The notes beneath the pieces are model-generated. The model saw nothing but the letters and a program-made list of their open reading frames with translations. It ran no database searches and was not told the DNA's origin. A stretch of DNA of 64,000 bases from an uncultured virus (IMG/VR IMGVR_UViG_3300020281_001556) (lineage: Duplodnaviria > Heunggongvirae > Uroviricota > Caudoviricetes), in IMG/VR virus record IMGVR_UViG_3300020281_001556; one strand, 5' to 3'. Made by a program: the position numbers and the translations under genes. Every line of letters begins with the position of its first letter. Within the stretch, counting starts at the first letter, position 1. Below are positions 55,084 through 63,233 of the stretch, one piece after another.

Positions 55084-56299
55084 GATTTGCGTTTTACCTT
55101 GGACACATTTAGCAACCGTGCCTGACGGAAGAGCTATTCCCTGTTGCTTACAATATCATTATCTAGACGATTATGACAACGTAAACATTCAAACGAATAC
55201 TATTGACGAAATAATGAATAGTAGAGGTTACAAAAATTTAAGATTACAAATGTTGAATGGAGAATTTCCAAAAAGTTGCGAAAAGTGTTATTCACGTGAA
55301 AAACTTACAGGTAAGAGTTTGAGGACAGAACAAAATAAAAAACCATGGCACAAAGATGTATTTAGAAATGTAAGACAACTTACCGAAGCGGATGGTACCA
55401 TAAAAGACATAAAAATAAAAATTTGGGATATACGATTTAGCAATTTATGTAATATGGCTTGTATAATGTGTGGACCAGACTTCAGCAGTAAATGGGCAAG
55501 AGAATATCCTGGAGAATATACAAAATTACTGAAAAATTTTAAAGATAACAATACAGTTAAGTTTATAGATGAAAATATTAAACATGTACAGGAAATATAT
55601 TTTGCTGGTGGAGAACCATTAATAATGGATGAACATTATTATATACTAGATAAACTTATGGAACTAGGAAAGACAGATGTTACGTTAAGATATAACACAA
55701 ATTTTTTAAAAACAAATCATAAAGGAAAGGATGCTTTCGATTATTGGAAACAATGGAAAGGACCAATTGAATTAGCACCAAGCATAGATGCAATGGGAAA
55801 GAGAGCAGAGTATATTAGATACGGCACTAAATGGGAAGATGTAGATGCAAACTTAAAAAAGGCTGTTGAACTAGGGTTGAAACCAAGACCTTTGATTACT
55901 GTAGGTGTGTATAACATGTTGCATTTACCTGATTTAGCAAAGTATTTTCATTCGATAGGAATAGACATGTATAACTTAAATATGTTGAATACGCCGATCG
56001 AATATGATTGTGCAATGGCTTCGAATAAATTAAAAGAAGATACATTGTATTTTTTAGAAGAAAACTTCAAGCATATAAAAAGTGAAACAAGTTTGGAAAG
56101 ATTCCGTAACCTAACTTCTGAGCTAGTACATAAGTGTAAGCCTGTAAAGGATGAAAGCTCACTTACATTAAATCACATAAATTTTGTTGAAAAAATTCTT
56201 GATATTGATAAAAAAAGAAACTTGGACTTTTTTAGAACATTTCCTGAACTGTTTGGGTACTACGAAGTATACCATAAATATAGTACATTAGGAGAATAG
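55055..56299 (+). CDS. Radical SAM protein 10, N-terminal SPASM/twitch-like domain
   Basis: CNMACIMC, AGGEP; ICVLPW..PCC..CEKC. Confidence 0.93.
   Translation: MKLKPPKVPKICVLPWTHLATVPDGRAIPCCLQYHYLDDYDNVNIQTNTIDEIMNSRGYKNLRLQMLNGEFPKSCEKCYSREKLTGKSLRTEQNKKPWHKDVFRNVRQLTEADGTIKDIKIKIWDIRFSNLCNMACIMCGPDFSSKWAREYPGEYTKLLKNFKDNNTVKFIDENIKHVQEIYFAGGEPLIMDEHYYILDKLMELGKTDVTLRYNTNFLKTNHKGKDAFDYWKQWKGPIELAPSIDAMGKRAEYIRYGTKWEDVDANLKKAVELGLKPRPLITVGVYNMLHLPDLAKYFHSIGIDMYNLNMLNTPIEYDCAMASNKLKEDTLYFLEENFKHIKSETSLERFRNLTSELVHKCKPVKDESSLTLNHINFVEKILDIDKKRNLDFFRTFPELFGYYEVYHKYSTLGE
56273..56280 (+). promoter_or_regulatory. Putative late promoter CATAAATA inside the cluster
   Basis: Identical to the motif before gp6; followed by an AGGAG RBS and ATG 56301. 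Confidence 0.55.
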
Positions 56300-56300
56300 A

Positions 56301-57059
56301 ATGGATTATAAAAAATATGATAAAGATGGAAATTTGCTTAACCTAATACCATTGGCCAATAGAGCCAAACAAGCAAATTATTATCAAAAGTTACAAGACG
56401 ATCCAGACTGGTTAGAACCTACACCTGAAGATATAAAATGTGAACTACAACTACAAGCACTTAATTTTTGGGAGCCGTTGGCATTTAAAATTGATGTTTC
56501 TCATTTTATGAAAGAAGTAAAAGCATTAGATGGCAGGTGGGTACCCTACTTAAGACGTGAAGGTTTACTTAATGACAGAGAAGGAATATCCTTAATGGGG
56601 TTGCCTGATGCTACAATGGAAGAAGGATTGTCTATGCCTGAAGCATGTAAAAAAGCAGGTAGACGATTGAGTGAAACAGAATTTAACACACCAACTGAAG
56701 CATATGATATGTTGCCTAGCTTACATGAATTGCTAGATTACTTTCAACCATTAGGAAGAACTATGTTGGTCAAAGCTAATGCTGGAGGATTTTTTCCACC
56801 GCATAAAGATCATCCCCATCTGACAAGAGATACATTTAGAGTAGTTGCTTTTCCAAGTTGGAATGTAACCAAAGACGAGTTTGATTGGGAAATGGAAAAT
56901 ACTAAAGTTCCTATCAAACCAGGTGGAGTTTACTATTGTGATACACGTAAGACACACCGAACAGCATGTTGGGTTCCTGATAGTATTCACCTAATAATGA
57001 ATATTCCTAAGACATGGGAAAACGTTATCAAATTAATGAGTATGACCAAGGCATTCTAA
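56301..57059 (+). CDS. Fe(II)/2-oxoglutarate oxygenase-like protein (Asp/Asn beta-hydroxylase-like)
   Basis: GRTMLV..AGGFFPPHKD (HxD), YYCDTRKTH (distal His), IHLIMN. Confidence 0.7.
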   Translation: MDYKKYDKDGNLLNLIPLANRAKQANYYQKLQDDPDWLEPTPEDIKCELQLQALNFWEPLAFKIDVSHFMKEVKALDGRWVPYLRREGLLNDREGISLMGLPDATMEEGLSMPEACKKAGRRLSETEFNTPTEAYDMLPSLHELLDYFQPLGRTMLVKANAGGFFPPHKDHPHLTRDTFRVVAFPSWNVTKDEFDWEMENTKVPIKPGGVYYCDTRKTHRTACWVPDSIHLIMNIPKTWENVIKLMSMTKAF

Positions 57060-58288
57060 TGCTTAAACCTTGCAGTCATTTTTGGACAGATATAAATCTA
57101 AATATTTTTAGAAAAGAAATCGTAAATTGTTGTAAAAGATATCAGCAAAACGAAGTAAAAATTTCTGACTTTGAAAAATACGGCACAGACTTTTGGACTA
57201 AACGTCCTGAAGTTTACGAAGATAAGAAAGTTTTTTTAGAAGGAAAATTTCCCAAAGGATGTAAAAGTTGTGCGTTACAACATCCTAACAGTTTGTATAA
57301 TACTTGGAATTGGTGGAAGGATAAGCCACAGGACTTTTTTGTTGACCTTTTAGATAGAGACGAAACTTATAAAATAGAAATAGCATTAAGCACTACTTGT
57401 AACATGACCTGTCTATATTGTGGACCTAAGGTAAGCAGTAGTTGGGCAGATGTGCTAGGTAAACCTGTTGTTCAAATAGATGACGAATGGAAAAAAGCGG
57501 CACTTGAAAGTCTTTTCAAATACATACAAGAAAAAATGACAAAGAATACAAAGCGAGTTGTTTATACCTTTTTGGGTGGAGAAACTTTTTTGGATTTAAG
57601 TTTTTGGGAAATCTTAGACAGAATAGCTGATATACATGATAACGAAATTGAAATTAATTTTATTTCTAATTTAAATGTAAAACCTAAATTAATTCAAAGG
57701 TTGGTCAATCTTGCAAACGCTAAACCAAATATCAAATGGAGAATAAGTCCGAGTATTGAAGATTTAGGGGAACGGGCAGAAGCAGTCAGAGAAGGTTTAG
57801 ACTTTAAGTTGTTTGAATCAAATTATGATTGGATATTGTCTGAACCTGCAATAGATAAAATAGCAGTGTTGCCTACCATGAACTTATTAACCATTCATAA
57901 ACATACAGAATTTTTAAAATGGGTTCTTTCAAAAAATATAAAAATTCGTGGTGCTAAAAATTTACATAAAACATGGACTGTATCATTAAACAGAGTCACA
58001 GAACCAGACTGGTTAGATCCTGCCATTATGCCAAAAAGCAGTAGGCTTGAAATAGACAGAGCAATAAGTTTTATAAAAAACGAATCAAAAAGATTTGGTG
58101 ATACAAAAAATATAACTGATATGTATTTAGGTAATCTTAGAGATTTGCGTAATGTCATAGGATCTAAGAGAACTCCTAAAATGATCGAAATATTAAAATG
58201 GAAGTTAGATAAAAATACAAAACTTTTTAAAAGAGATTATTACAAAATATTTCCTGAACTAAAGGATATAGTAGATGAGAACAAATGA
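57059..58288 (+). CDS. Radical SAM protein 11, N-terminal SPASM/twitch-like domain
   Basis: CNMTCLYC, LGGET; PCSHFW..NCC..CKSC; start at ATG 57059. Confidence 0.92.
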   Translation: MLKPCSHFWTDINLNIFRKEIVNCCKRYQQNEVKISDFEKYGTDFWTKRPEVYEDKKVFLEGKFPKGCKSCALQHPNSLYNTWNWWKDKPQDFFVDLLDRDETYKIEIALSTTCNMTCLYCGPKVSSSWADVLGKPVVQIDDEWKKAALESLFKYIQEKMTKNTKRVVYTFLGGETFLDLSFWEILDRIADIHDNEIEINFISNLNVKPKLIQRLVNLANAKPNIKWRISPSIEDLGERAEAVREGLDFKLFESNYDWILSEPAIDKIAVLPTMNLLTIHKHTEFLKWVLSKNIKIRGAKNLHKTWTVSLNRVTEPDWLDPAIMPKSSRLEIDRAISFIKNESKRFGDTKNITDMYLGNLRDLRNVIGSKRTPKMIEILKWKLDKNTKLFKRDYYKIFPELKDIVDENK

Positions 58289-58991
58289 ACAAATAAAAAA
58301 AATTAAAGAAACACAGTCAGATCCTGTGCAATATATAAATTTTGTAAAACAAGATAATGTAAGAAAAATAGTAGAGTATTACGAAAATAACAAAGATAAA
58401 GCTGAAGTAAAAACTACTGGACCAACTTGTTTATACATAAAAGAAGGTGACGGTGTTATAGATAACATTGTAAGGAAACTTAGAGATATTTACGGAAATT
58501 TTAAAATACGAAATGCACAGATTTTTGATGTGTCTACACCACATGTAATTCATATCGATGACGGAAAAGATTTACCACAGGCATATAAAGCATTTACTCT
58601 ACCTTTAAAGGTTGAATGGAGCGAACATGCTGAATATAGAAACATGGCTCTTGCAAAATTAATATTTTTTGATCAGCATTATTATGGAGGACCTGTTAAA
58701 TTTTTCAATGGGGAGACTGTTGACGAAAATACAAAAGTTCACTATAATATGCCGCTTACTAATTACAAAGAAGTTGAAGGTACTAACGATGTGGGTATAA
58801 GAGAAGAAGTGCAAAATTATCTTACTCATCTAAGGCCACATTGGTTAGAGGGATTAAGTGTGCAATGTTACTTTCCTTGGGTAGGAGGAAGTTGTATTGC
58901 ATTTGATAGTTTACAATTACACTCAGCAAGTGATTTCAATAAATTAGGTATCACAAGAAAGCTCGGGGTAAGTATTTTTACAACTTTATAG
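58275..58991 (+). CDS. Fe(II)/2OG oxygenase-like (cupin) protein
   Basis: PHVIHIDD (HxD), IAFDSLQLHSAS (distal His), terminal RKLGVSIFT. Confidence 0.6.
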   Translation: MRTNEQIKKIKETQSDPVQYINFVKQDNVRKIVEYYENNKDKAEVKTTGPTCLYIKEGDGVIDNIVRKLRDIYGNFKIRNAQIFDVSTPHVIHIDDGKDLPQAYKAFTLPLKVEWSEHAEYRNMALAKLIFFDQHYYGGPVKFFNGETVDENTKVHYNMPLTNYKEVEGTNDVGIREEVQNYLTHLRPHWLEGLSVQCYFPWVGGSCIAFDSLQLHSASDFNKLGITRKLGVSIFTTL

Positions 58992-58998
58992 GTTTAAC

Positions 58999-60123
58999 AT
59001 GTCTGAAGATTTAAAATGGAGTGCTTATGACTTTTCTAAAATACCTTATCAAGATATTGTTAAGGTGGGACAAAGATCTCTTTTATACAGAGATATTTTT
59101 ACTGTCAGTTGGCTTCTTGGTCGCTTTTGCAACTATCGTTGTAGTTATTGCTGGCCATACGCCAGATCAGATCGCAAAGATCACAGGCCCACACAGCTCT
59201 GTTGTGATACAATCGATGAGATAAAAAGGCAAGCACGTGACAACGGTTTTAATAGTTTCCATTTTTCTTTTAGCGGCGGCGAGCCTACTTTTCACCCTGG
59301 TTACAACGATCTTCTACAGCATCTTGCTAATGATATTGATAATACCAATTATACTTCTATTCATATGACAAGTAATTGTAGTCGGAAGATGAAGTGGTTT
59401 CAAGAGTACACTGAAATAGCAAAAGCATTTCACCGAGCAAGTATTACCGCAAGTCTACACACCGAGCATGTTAATACATCAGAAAAAATGCAAGACTTTG
59501 CTGACAAGTTAATTCACTGCCAAGAAAACGATGTGCAAGTTACAATTAATATGGTAATGGTTCCAGAAATATTTGAGAAAAGTTATGAGAATGCATTGTT
59601 CTTTCATGAGCAAGGCATCAATGTAACTCTAAAGCCTCAAAGTGATCCTACAGCAAGTTTTGTTGTTGACGGTTACACAGAAGCACAAATGAAACTTTTA
59701 CATAACGGCATGCCTCAAAGAGCATACACGGAAGACAAAAGAGTATGGGCTGATAGACCTAAACCAAAATTTAATAAACTACCAGCTACTTCTCCTGATA
59801 CAGGAGAAAAGATACCCCCACATTTTCAAGTTGAATTTGAAGATGTCAAAGGTAAAAAATGGTACATGGATCAAGCTGAAAGATTTAATGCTTTTAATTT
59901 TAACAAGTTCAAGGGTTGGAGATGTAATGCAGGATACCAAGGAATTATTATAAGAGAACCAGACGGAAATATAAAACGCAGTTACAGTTGTAGAGATGAA
60001 CCTTTAGGTAATATCGAAACAGGATTTAAATTATTTAAAGAACCTACACCTTGCATAACAGAAAGTTGTGTAAGTAGTGCAGATTCTAAAATACCAAAGG
60101 TAAAAAATGAAAATTATTTGTAA
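58999..60123 (+). CDS. Radical SAM protein 12, C-terminal SPASM/twitch domain, paralog of rSAM 6
   Basis: CNYRCSYC, SGGEP; FKGWRCNAG..YSC..LGNIETGF..PCITESC. Confidence 0.93.
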   Translation: MSEDLKWSAYDFSKIPYQDIVKVGQRSLLYRDIFTVSWLLGRFCNYRCSYCWPYARSDRKDHRPTQLCCDTIDEIKRQARDNGFNSFHFSFSGGEPTFHPGYNDLLQHLANDIDNTNYTSIHMTSNCSRKMKWFQEYTEIAKAFHRASITASLHTEHVNTSEKMQDFADKLIHCQENDVQVTINMVMVPEIFEKSYENALFFHEQGINVTLKPQSDPTASFVVDGYTEAQMKLLHNGMPQRAYTEDKRVWADRPKPKFNKLPATSPDTGEKIPPHFQVEFEDVKGKKWYMDQAERFNAFNFNKFKGWRCNAGYQGIIIREPDGNIKRSYSCRDEPLGNIETGFKLFKEPTPCITESCVSSADSKIPKVKNENYL

Positions 60124-60274
60124 GCACTTAGGACCTTACTATGAAATACAAAAAATGTTTCCTTGTAGAGCATTTGCAAATGAGTTTATAGGAGAGCTTT
60201 GGGTAGAAATAGATGAAAAATATGAAACACTGATTTATTTAATTTTTGGAGATAGCGTTGCTAGAGGTGATTGA
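60107..60274 (+). CDS. Small 55-aa ORF missing from the ORF track (MKIICKHLGPYYEIQKMFPCRAFANEFIGELWVEIDEKYETLIYLIFGDSVARGD)
   Basis: AAGG RBS-like sequence upstream; overlaps the end of rSAM 12 and the start of the next gene, filling the gap exactly. Confidence 0.65.
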   Translation: MKIICKHLGPYYEIQKMFPCRAFANEFIGELWVEIDEKYETLIYLIFGDSVARGD

Positions 60275-60866
60275 TATATTGCAAGACAGTAAATGGAAGT
60301 CTATATTTTTGGATAAGATAAAAGAAATCCAACATGATAGTCACCATAATAAACACAATTATACAGATTTAGAACAGCGTTTAGATCAATATGATTGCTT
60401 CAATATAGTAGTAGATAATGGCGTCTTAAACGCATTTTCCGGTCTCTACAGCGGTGGAATATATCCTCCGGGTACAGTTAGAGCCCTGGATAGAACATAC
60501 TATTTTAACTGGAAAAATGTTAGAAGTGACATATATCCAGAAAGGCAATATGCAACATTATACATGTGGCCTTATCAAGTAGCTAGAGCCAAAGAGCTTG
60601 GATATAAAGCTGTTTTCTTTAGTATCCAAAATCCAAAAAAACGCAGAATATTTACAAGACAAGCAGGAAGAATGAATCCTAGTCCTACCGTACTTCCTAC
60701 GTTACATAACACCTGTAGGCTCGTAAACGGACAGGTTAATAAGGAACCTTTGTGTTGGCAGAACGTTGCAGTATATAAGATTGATAAAAGTTTTGATTTT
60801 ACTTTGCCTGCGATGGCAATAGAAGATTATAAAGAAAAATACAAAGATATTAAAACAATTCGTTAA
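60267..60866 (+). CDS. Hypothetical protein, possible GNAT-fold acyltransferase
   Basis: AFSGLY..VRALDRTY..QVARAKELGYKAVFFS resembles GNAT motifs A/B; GTG 60267 start assumed. Confidence 0.4.
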   Translation: MIDILQDSKWKSIFLDKIKEIQHDSHHNKHNYTDLEQRLDQYDCFNIVVDNGVLNAFSGLYSGGIYPPGTVRALDRTYYFNWKNVRSDIYPERQYATLYMWPYQVARAKELGYKAVFFSIQNPKKRRIFTRQAGRMNPSPTVLPTLHNTCRLVNGQVNKEPLCWQNVAVYKIDKSFDFTLPAMAIEDYKEKYKDIKTIR

Positions 60867-61753
60867 TATCCAAATTCGTTCATTGCTACATGTTCAAAGA
60901 AAGGTGCAATTTTAAAATCCTGAGTTATCCGTCCTCTACGTTTGCTATCAGGATCTGGAATATCACTATCATCAGGACTCCAATTAGTAATCTTAATCCA
61001 TTGTGTTTTTCTTTTGTTGTTTTCATCTAGCGGAAATAACACATTGTATTTTTCTTTATATCCTTCAACGTTATTCCATGATCTAATATAATCCTCTGAC
61101 TTACCAGTAATCTTTGCAAACTTTGTTATAAGTTGATCCCAGGTATGATTCTGTTCTTTTTCTAATGTATATCTTCCAAGTTGTCCTACATTTCTAAAAC
61201 GCAACACACCAGGATGATTTTTAAGATCTTCTTTAAAAATTTTTAAAAGTCTTTCAGGCACATGATCGTTTACGCCCTTTTGTAATATACAGTTTACATT
61301 TATAAAAAAATTGAATTTAGCAAGATTATGTAATGCCTTAATTTTTCTTTCTGCACAACGTAGTTCGTCCATTATTTCATAAACGTCATCATCATCTGCT
61401 CCATTTAGGCTTATGGTTAAGCTACGAAGCCCTGCGTCCCATAAAGACTTTGTATAGTTCAAGTTGCCTAATTTCAAACCATTAGTGCATAAAGTAGGTC
61501 TGTGTCCAAGCTGTCTTACTTTACTGATTACTTCTGGTAAGTCTTTACGCATTGTAGCTTCGCCTCCCATAAGTCTTATATCAGTTCTTTTAGGTAATCT
61601 GCTCACCACATCATAAAATTTGTCTATATCCATATCAGGTATGTCTCTGTTAGGAATATAACAATTTGCACATTCCATATTGCATTTATGTGTTATATCT
61701 GCAACAACAGATCCAAACGTACTCTTCTCTGGTTCTACTTCATAATAGTTCAT
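60863..61753 (-). CDS. Radical SAM protein 13 (MoaA-like core, no evident auxiliary cluster)
   Basis: CNMECANC, MGGEA, TNG, ISLNG, GVND. Confidence 0.9.
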   Translation of the reverse strand: MNYYEVEPEKSTFGSVVADITHKCNMECANCYIPNRDIPDMDIDKFYDVVSRLPKRTDIRLMGGEATMRKDLPEVISKVRQLGHRPTLCTNGLKLGNLNYTKSLWDAGLRSLTISLNGADDDDVYEIMDELRCAERKIKALHNLAKFNFFINVNCILQKGVNDHVPERLLKIFKEDLKNHPGVLRFRNVGQLGRYTLEKEQNHTWDQLITKFAKITGKSEDYIRSWNNVEGYKEKYNVLFPLDENNKRKTQWIKITNWSPDDSDIPDPDSKRRGRITQDFKIAPFFEHVAMNEFGY

Positions 61754-62520
61754 GTTGACTCTCTAAAAAAAGGTAAAAATAATTTTGCTGGATCATATTT
61801 TCCAAACACGTCACTCTTTGCATTTCTATGATGATTAGCATGATAGCTTTCGCCTCCTGTCAAAAAAGAAGCTATAGGAACATTGGTTGCACTAGAAGAA
61901 CTACCTTCTAATTTTTTTCCAAAGGTATGTGTAAATGCATTTATAAATCCAGTAACATGAAACATCATTACCATTGGCATAGAAATAATATAAAAAGCCC
62001 AATGTCCTAACAAAGTATATCCTAACACTATGTACAAAGTTAACAGTTCAAAATACCATCTGTGTTGAAATTTTACAATAGGATTATTTAATAAATCTTT
62101 TATAAATCTTTGTTCAACAATTTTAGGATTAAAAAAATGAAACCAACTTCTAAAGAATCCTTTCTTTGGACTATGAGGATCTCCATCTTTATCACCAAAT
62201 GCATGATGTTTTCTGTGAATCCCTGCCCACCCAAGTATAGGTCCTAGTCCAGCTATGCTACCTATAAAAAGTAAAATATTTTCTTTTGCTTTACTTGTAT
62301 TGAAAGATTTATGTGTAAAATACCTATGGTACCCTATACTTGTGCCTACTGTAACAATAAAAAGATATAGCACAAAGCCCGTTAGTAAACCAATAGGTTC
62401 AAAGAATAACAAACACCCAAACAATAAAAGAGCATGATTCATTAGGGCAAATATCTTTGTCCATGCATCATAAGAATATTTGTTAAAAGGGCTAAATGGT
62501 TTCATACAGTATTTACTCAC
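61750..62520 (-). CDS. Membrane fatty acid (delta-9/acyl-CoA type) desaturase
   Basis: Three His boxes HRYFTH, HRKHH and HANHH; DPHSP; hydrophobic segments. Confidence 0.9.
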   Translation of the reverse strand: MSKYCMKPFSPFNKYSYDAWTKIFALMNHALLLFGCLLFFEPIGLLTGFVLYLFIVTVGTSIGYHRYFTHKSFNTSKAKENILLFIGSIAGLGPILGWAGIHRKHHAFGDKDGDPHSPKKGFFRSWFHFFNPKIVEQRFIKDLLNNPIVKFQHRWYFELLTLYIVLGYTLLGHWAFYIISMPMVMMFHVTGFINAFTHTFGKKLEGSSSSATNVPIASFLTGGESYHANHHRNAKSDVFGKYDPAKLFLPFFREST

Positions 62521-63223
62521 AAACTATGACTAAATTATCAAAGTCTGGCCTAGGATATACTTCTTCAACTCTGCTTGGTGGAAAAGGAATCTTTTTGCTT
62601 TTATCTATTCTAGGATCATGATATGTATGATGTATGTTTGTTTCTTTTCCATAACCTACACCCATTATAAATCTAAACTCCATAGCTCTTTCGTCATCAA
62701 AGATATTAAATATCTCTCCAGCACGTTGTCTATTTTTTACTATGTTTTGACACATACCTGTTTGTATACCTCTGTTTGCTAAAGCTAACATGATGTAAGC
62801 ACTAAAAATACCTATCTCAATGTTTTCTGTTCTTGTCTGATCTCCGTGTGGATCATTAGTTCTTTCTTGTCCTTTACCGTATCCGTCTAACTTGCCTCTA
62901 TCAGATTCTGTTTCGTATCTACGTTCAAGATCACCTACCCATCTGCTGTTAAAGCCTAGCAACCAAGGAGATAAAACCTGTGGATTGCCGTGGTCTTCTT
63001 CAATAGACATGTGGGCGTTTCGTTGACATATTGTCATTATTTCTTTTCTAATTTCTAGATTGTCGTTTCTTAGTAATCTAACTTGGTATGGAAATTGTAA
63101 ATTTTTACTTGGAATATGAAGATATACTTCTTTAAGTGCATCTACAATTATTTCCTTGTCCGGCACACGGTCTTGCCAGGCAAAGGTTGTATGTCTAGAT
63201 TGTATTAGATCGAGCCAGTCCAT
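62513..63223 (-). CDS. Nitroreductase-family flavoprotein
   Basis: IQSRHTTFAW, IPSKNLQFPY, IMLALANRGIQTG, MGVGY. Confidence 0.78.
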   Translation of the reverse strand: MDWLDLIQSRHTTFAWQDRVPDKEIIVDALKEVYLHIPSKNLQFPYQVRLLRNDNLEIRKEIMTICQRNAHMSIEEDHGNPQVLSPWLLGFNSRWVGDLERRYETESDRGKLDGYGKGQERTNDPHGDQTRTENIEIGIFSAYIMLALANRGIQTGMCQNIVKNRQRAGEIFNIFDDERAMEFRFIMGVGYGKETNIHHTYHDPRIDKSKKIPFPPSRVEEVYPRPDFDNLVIVCE

Positions 63224-63233
63224 TACTTAATCC

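Noticed and set aside
36912..60866. Known DNA-modification pathways (7-deazaguanine, hmC glucosylation, thymidine hypermodification)
   Set aside because: No recognisable folE/queC/queD/dpdA, dCMP hydroxymethylase or 5hmU kinase genes here; a novel DNA modification is not excluded
36912..60866. Classical RiPP gene cluster
   Set aside because: No clear precursor array, RRE/PqqD domain, peptidase or exporter; kept only as a weak alternative
60863..61753. Calling rSAM 13 moaA, or other rSAMs pqqE/nrdG/queE
   Set aside because: It lacks the C-terminal Cys cluster and GG tail of MoaA, and no partner genes for those pathways are in the window
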